The notes beneath the pieces are model-generated. The model was not told the origin of the DNA. It ran no database searches and saw only the letters and a list, made by a program, of their open reading frames with translations. This document shows positions 51,491 through 64,000 of a DNA stretch of 64,000 bases, one piece after another. Source of the stretch: the human T2T-CHM13v2.0 reference genome, Homo sapiens; assembly GCF_009914755.1 (NCBI RefSeq), contig NC_060925.1; one strand, written 5' to 3'. The first letter of the stretch is position 1. The number at the start of each line of letters is the position of its first letter. Made by a program: the position numbers and the translations under genes.

Positions 51491-52999
51491 AAACAATATA
51501 TAAATAAAAAGTAAAAGTTTTGTTTTCTTGTTGTTGTTTGTTTGTCTTTTTTTGAGACAGAGTCTCGCTCTGTCGCCAGGCTGGAGTGCAGTGGCGCAAT
51601 CTCAGCTCGGGTTCAAGTGATTCTCCTACCTCAGCCTCCCAAAGAGCTGGAACTACAGGCGCCCGCCACCATGCCTGGCTAATTTTTGTATTTTTAGTAG
51701 AGACACGGTTTCACCATGTTGGCCAGGATGGTCTTGATCTCTTGACCTTGTGAGCCACCCGCCTTGGCCTCCCAAAGTGCTGGGATTACAGGTGTGAGCC
51801 ACCGTGCCTGGCCCAAAAATAAAGTATTTTAAAATTCAACAAACGAGTATGAAACATTTCTTCAATGCATATTAACATTGCAGTTTTGTTCTAATTAACT
51901 GTCAAAATGACAGACAGCAGCAGTGACTATCTTAGAAATTCATAGAAAATGGAGCTTAAAGTTTAAAGTATGCAAAATTTGGAGAAGTCTTTTTTTTGAG
52001 GTCATGGAACAGTGGTTCCTCCCTAAAGAGTATCTAAGTTCTAGATAGGACGAGAGGAGATAAGGGGGGGTGCAAATGAAGGTGGACAACGAACATGAGC
52101 AAAAGATTGAATTTAGGAATCTAGAATCCATGGAGTAGAAGGTATTTGTTGAGGACTAGTGAAATGCATGCTTCCCATGAGTGAATTCATATCTTGCATA
52201 ATTTTGTTTGCCAGGCTGATTATGTTGAATTTTTCAGTGGATTATTGTTGGTAGAGGTAATGCAAGATGCTGCTTCCCATCGGTTGAAATAGAGCGGAAA
52301 GAAGAAAGGAACCAAATCCCCAGAGTCAGAACCACTCTATAAAGAAATGTGTACCAATGGCTGTAGCCCACTACTCAGTCTAGCTCCGCAGAGAATAAGG
52401 CATAGAGAAAGAGGCTTGGAGTATTGTACTAACACTCCACATGGAGGAAAACTTAAGCGTGGGGAATTATGACCCCCTCTCCCCAATTTTTTTTTGATGG
52501 GAACAGATTTGGGATTTATAGTGTTTTGAGGATAGTGAAAAAATGTGAATTCAAGAGCAAAGCAGCTTGCTGAAGACTGGTTTGTTAGATTGAAAGAGGA
52601 TGTAAAAAGAGTATTTGCCAAATAGAAGTATCACAGGTATTTTTCATATATAGAAACTCAGCCAGAATAAAAAAATAATAGCAAATAGACAGAATCTGTT
52701 TGCTGTTATTATCCCAAGCTAAGGATGACTTACGCTTGGATGACTTGCTGGACATTTGTGTTCCTGGGCTTATAAGTACAGGTACAAATGAATTCTAGCT
52801 CTCAGTAGAGCTGGAGCCATGACTACAGACATGCTTCAGCTGTGGTTTGCTTGGGGTTAGAGGACTGGAGATTTGAGAATGTTTCTAAAGGAAACTGATA
52901 CTGTGCAGAATGATTAAGAGGAAAAAGACACAAGTGAGAGAAATAGGGAATTATCCTACCAATGTTGTCTAGAAATTAATTATGTAGTGATTTATATAA

Positions 53000-53298
<299 letters not shown>

Positions 53299-53724
53299 TA
53301 GTCTTGATCTCTTGACCTCATGATCTGCCCGCCTCGGCCTGCCAAAGTGCTGGGGTTACAGGCGTGAGCCGCCATGCCTGGCCTATCTCCTGTGTGTTTG
53401 GTTGTCCTATCCATTAATCAGATCTCCACAATGGGTCTTCTTCATTTTATGAGCTAACCCTGCACCCTCGTTGAGCAGCCTTTTGACTTCCTTCGTACCC
53501 TCACTCTACCTTGTGCCTAATTTACTGTCTTTCCACAGGTCACAAGTTAAGGCATCTGCTCCCATTCCCTCTTCAGCAGTTTTATTCTTAAAGCTCAGGA
53601 GGAGTGAGGCAAATATAAGATTTCTTTCAGAATGAGATACTGTATTTGAAATTATAGACGTTTTTCTCTATAGCATGTTGATGGGAAAAAGTAACTAGGA
53701 ATGTTTTGTTGTACTCCTTTTTAG

Positions 53725-54623
53725 AATCTGACTACCCACTTGTTGATGAACCAGGGAAGCATCGGGAAAGCAAAGACAATTTTTTGAAGTCAGTTTTGCT
53801 CACATTCAATAAAATTCTGACTATGGAGAGAATCCACCATTATAATATGAGCACAAGTCTTAATCCAATGAGAAAAAAATCATATAAATCGTTTGAGAAG
53901 TGTTTGCCACCTAATTTAGACTTACTTAAATATAATAGAAGTTATACTGTAGAAAACGCTTATGAATGCAGTGAATGCGGGAAAGCCTTCAAAAAGAAGT
54001 TTCATTTCATTAGACATGAAAAAAATCATACAAGGAAAAAACCTTTTGAATGCAATGACTGTGGAAAAGCCTATAGCAGGAAGGCACACCTTGCAACTCA
54101 TCAGAAAATTCATAATGGAGAGAGACCCTTTGTGTGCAATGATTGTGGGAAGGCGTTTATGCATAAAGCCCAACTCGTGGTCCACCAGAGACTTCACACT
54201 GGAGAGAAGCCTTATGAGTGCAGTCAATGTGGGAAAACATTCACTTGGAACTCCTCATTTAATCAACACGTGAAATCTCATACACTTGAGAAGTCATTTG
54301 AATGTAAGGAATGTGGGAAAACCTTCAGGTATAGTTCATCCCTTTATAAACATTCCAGATTTCATACAGGAGAGAAACCCTACCAGTGTATCATATGTGG
54401 CAAAGCTTTTGGCAACACATCCGTGCTTGTTACACACCAAAGAATTCATACAGGAGAGAAACCTTACAGTTGTATTGAATGTGGCAAAGCCTTCATCAAG
54501 AAGTCCCATCTCCTCAGACATCAGATAACTCATACAGGAGAGAAGCCCTATGAATGTAACAGATGTGGGAAAGCATTTTCCCAGAAGTCAAATCTTATTG
54601 TACATCAGAAAATTCATACATAA
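53725..54623 (+). CDS. ZNF684: ZNF684 last coding exon: spacer plus 8 C2H2 fingers; spliced CDS 15+127+96+899 = 1137 nt = 378 aa
   Basis: Acceptor tcctttttag|AA at 53724/53725; eight intact fingers ending [13 protein letters not shown]; frame continuous across all four exons. Confidence 0.95.
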
Positions 54624-54778
54624 TATTCACTTTATGAATATGAGAAGGCCTTATTAAATATTTGCTAAATCTTATTAAATACTAAAGAATTCATGGTGAG
54701 AAGTCTACAATTTAAATGAATTTGGAAGAGTAGATTCCCATAAAAAACAATCAATGCCAATCATGTTCTGGAAGTGAT

Positions 54779-55314
54779 AATAAACTTTTTACAGAAAATA
54801 TGACAGAAAACAACTATAAATAATAGAGCATAAAGCTTGGAAAGTAAGCATAACTTAAAAAATCAAAGAACCAGTGAAAACTACATTTGCCATTCCTGAC
54901 TTTTAATTTTTATAATAAAATAATTATGCAAGTGTGAGTTTAAAATATATGCTTATACATTATATTAAAGTATGCCTATTAACAGTTTCTGCAGTAAATA
55001 ACATTTTTTCTTCCAGTCTCAACATACATAATTAATCAAGTGAGAAAATGTGTTTTAATATGTCATATGAATTTCAGTGATATTTTCATCCATTTGCTGG
55101 CACTTTTAATGGGCATGACAGTGTTTCTGAATCTGAGTCTCCTTTAATTATACAAGTGAAGACTTCTTATTAAAATTAATATAAAGATATTTTCCTATGT
55201 ATGTAAATACCAGAACAAAAAACAAGACACTAATTGAGGAGAGAAAGGCACTTGTATTCTGTATTACAGTAAGTATTCAGTTGAGGAAAAGAATTATTTA
55301 AATATGTAAATAAA
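54779..55314 (+). terminator. Candidate ZNF684 polyadenylation signals
   Basis: AATAAA at 54779-54784, 54914-54919 and 55309-55314; the last is followed by a T/GT-rich tract. Confidence 0.55.
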
Positions 55315-55389
55315 TAATTTGCACTTCAAATATTTCTGTTTTGCTTTTTCATTGATATATCTACGTAAGCTGTAAGGATAGCTTAAGTG

Positions 55390-56540
<1,151 letters not shown>

Positions 56541-58116
56541 TTATTTTTTTTTTTTTTTGAGAAGTCAAAACATGTTTAGCCCCGAAGATGCCTGGAATTT
56601 TCCGTATGAACAGCATAGGCATCATTAATGAAGATGAAAACTTGTTAGAAAAGAGCAAGTTTTTCTGCTTAGCAACTTTGGAATATGACATTTTGTAAGT
56701 TCTACATATTCCCTTCAAGGATTAATTAGCCATTATTTAAAGTTTTCTTGCTGTCCACAGTATTCCTTGGTAATGCCAAAAAACTTATATGTCTTTTCTT
56801 GAGTGGTGACAAAACTTAGACTTGAACCTAAATTCAGAAATCAAGCCTTTTAAGTTTAAGCTCAGTTACAATTATGTTGCATTGTTTTCTTTCATTAGCC
56901 ATTTTTTGAAAGAGTAGTGTTGGGTAATAACCATAAACGATAGTGCTTTTTTGAATAAGCATACTGGGACTTTAAAGACCTAAATTAAATCTTGTCTTTC
57001 TAAGTTATTTTAGGAGGCTATATGCTAATTTCACTTATGAGGTCATTCCAAAATTTCTGGAACCTTCTTTTCATGGAGTTGTCTTCAAAATCAGTATGCC
57101 ATCCACACAGGAAAATCTTGGTATTTATAGTCGCAGTACTTGCCTTTTTTCAGCTCAGGAGTTTTCTGTCATTTCCTACATGAAGTCCTCACTTCAGCCT
57201 ATGTAGTGCTTACCATTTCCATTCTCTCTCCTTCCCCGGCCTGTAACCCTCATCTGAGAAACTCCAAACTACACAGATAAAGGAAGAGAGATAGGGGGCA
57301 GGAGGCTCCACTGTTGCTGCATGGTATGAGATGCCCCTGAAAGAGCAGCTATGTAGGTCAAGGTGGCAAGAAGTGTGCAATAGTCTGCTCCAGCTTACCG
57401 GAAATAAAATATAGCCAGGACATTTAAATTGTAATATATCAGGATGTATCTGGTTTCATAATTTTGTTTGCTCCCATACAAATGAATTCTACCTAGAAAT
57501 CGAGTGGGATAATTTTCTGCAAATATGCCTTAGCTGTACTTTGGATGGAGTCAGAGGCTGAGGCTATGAGAAGGTGCCTATAATAAGAGGGAGTTAGTGG
57601 CTGACAATTTGCTTGGTGGTTGTGTGCAAGATAAGTAAGAGGGGAAAGACCAGTGTATGAAGGAGACTAAGGAAAATCCTAACAGGACAATTTAATATTT
57701 GGAAATTGTGAACCTTGACTCTGATCGAACTCCAAACCAATTCACCTCCTCTCATTTCCCCATCATGCCTTTATCTCCTTGTTCTGATTACCCTCCTCAT
57801 TCATTCTTCTGAGATGGCTTACCCGATTCTCAGAGTTCACCCCGCATCCTTGTTAAAAATCTTTTAAAAATTCTTTTGTCATCATTATAACTTTGTATCT
57901 ATTTCACCATCTTTCACAGGTTGGAAAGTATTGTTTCTAACTTTAAAAAAGCTATGTGATGGGGCATAATAGTTCATGCCTGTGATAGTGGTACTTAGGG
58001 AGGCCGAGGCGGGAGGATCACTTGAGCCCTGGAGTTTGAGACAACCCTGGGCAACATAGTGAGACCCCCATCCCTATAAAGGGGAAAAAAATGAGCCAGC
58101 TTTGTGCACACCTCTA

Positions 58117-58263
<147 letters not shown>

Positions 58264-58466
58264 TCAATTATTGTCAGTTTTCCAGACCCCTATTTTAGCA
58301 GTATTTTCTTAAAGCTCAGGGGCAAGGCAAATGCAGGATTCTGTTTTGTTTTGTTGTCCAGAATGGGAATGACAATTATCATCTATAGGGTAGGTGGTAA
58401 AGAGATGGAAGAGATATTTTGACCTTTTGTTTTGTTGTCCAGACCTGAAACCAGAAACTGTAAGTG

Positions 58467-59461
58467 TTAAAAAAAAAAAAAAAATGAAGTGTACCCTATC
58501 AAAATGTTAAATGTACAGTACACTATTGTTTACTAGATGCACTTCATTGTAGAGCAGATCTCTAGAACTTTTTCATCTTGTATGACTGAAACTGAGTACC
58601 CATTGAACAATTCCCCATTTCTAACCCCTCCAGCTCCTGGCAACCACCATTTTACTTAACTGATTCTGTAAGTTTGACTACTTTAGATAATACATATAAG
58701 TGGAATCATGCAGTATTTGTCCTTTCATGACTGGTTTATTTCACTTGGCCTATTTTTTTTTTTTTTTTTTGAGACGGGGTCTCACTGTGTCACCCAGGTT
58801 GGAGTGCAGTGGCGCGATCACAGCTCACTGCAGCTTGAACTCCTGGGCTCAAGTAATCCTCCCTCCTCAGCTTCTTGAGTAGCTGGAATCATAGCTGCAT
58901 GTCACTATGCCTGGCTTACAAAAGTTTTGCTTTGTTTTGTTTTGTTTTTGGTACAGACTGGGTCTTGTTTTGTTGCCCAGGCTGGTCTCAAACTCCTGGC
59001 TTCAAGTGATCCTCCTGCCTCGGCCTCCTGAGGTTCTGGGATTGTAAGTGTGAGCCACCCTGTCCAGCTGACTTACCCTAATTCTTAAGGATCATTCACA
59101 TTGTAGCTTATGACAGAATTTCCTTCTTTTTTAAGGCTGAATTATTCCATTGTATTTATATCCCACATTGTCTTTATTCAACCATTGATGGACATTTAGG
59201 TTGTTTGCAATTCTTGGCTATTGTGAATAATGCTACTATGAACACGGGACAGCAACTATCCCTTTGGGATCCTGTTTTCAATTCTTTTGGATAAATACCC
59301 AGAAGTGGGATTGCTGCATCTTATGGTAGCTCTATTTTTAATTATTTGAGAAGCCTTCATATTGTTTTCCATAGCAGCTTGACCATTTTACATTCCCACC
59401 TTAGCGTTCAAGGGTTCCAATTTCTCCACATCCTTGCCAACACTCATTATTTCTTGTTTTC
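58467..59461 (-). mobile_element. L1MA9/L1MB-like antisense fragment with a nested AluJ (about 58753-59069, -)
   Basis: gtagagcagatctctagaactttttcatcttgtatgactgaaact and further antisense L1 3' motifs; gtaagtg repeated at 58460-58466 and 59462-59468. Confidence 0.7.
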
Positions 59462-59854
59462 GTAAGTGATATTACTGATGTTATTGAAAAGATTACAGAA
59501 AATTTTGAGTTATAAGTAGACAATTTTAATGTAGAGTATAAAGCTTAGGAAATTGTGAGGAATTGAATATGAGGCTTCAGATGGACTATAATTACATGTA
59601 TGCACTGCCCCGATTTTTTTTATACAAATTATAGAAATATCTGCATTGCTTCAAAATTTATATAACTATAGGTTTGAAATATGTCATGTACTTTATACAA
59701 AATTTTATCTATTATGATAATGGTTGTACAACATCATGACTGTACTTAGTGCCAGTGAATGATACACTTAAAAATGGTTAAAATCTTAAATCTTATTTAC
59801 ATTTTACCACAATTTTTTAAAATGCTCCCAAAATTGTGTCTATTAAAAGTTTCT

Positions 59855-64000
<4,146 letters not shown>

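Noticed and set aside
57214-57268. Minus-strand 55-nt exon-like segment (ttatctgtgtag|...GAAATG|gtaagc)
   Set aside because: Good splice motifs but no partner exons or ORF found; could be chance or a lncRNA exon and needs RNA data.

Overview
Primate genomic DNA, most likely human: it is very Alu-dense and contains an AluYa5-like copy. The proteins identify the locus as ZFP69-EXO5-ZNF684 (human 1p34.2 from memory). All three genes are on the + strand: (1) the last, 9-zinc-finger exon of ZFP69 (2514-3652); (2) EXO5, with a CpG-island promoter, 5'UTR exons and a single coding exon (21725-22846, 373 aa Fe-S exonuclease); (3) the complete KRAB-C2H2 gene ZNF684 (coding exons 40337-40351, 47751-47877, 48779-48874, 53725-54623; 378 aa, 8 fingers). 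The rest is nested Alu, L1, LTR and DNA-transposon debris. Most interesting unexplained structure: (a) an apparent decayed KRAB-ZNF paralog of ZNF684 starting at about 57.3 kb, with recognisable exon layout and intron paralogy; (b) an Alu carrying 80 nt of the 3' flank of another Alu that lies 3 kb away in inverted orientation, all inside one perfect 16-bp TSD; (c) four ultra-short retroposed inserts (U2 5' end, tRNA-Glu 5' end, two unidentified); (d) splice-dependent uORFs in the EXO5 5'UTR. All alignments were done by eye. Repeat subfamily names and repeat boundaries are approximate.
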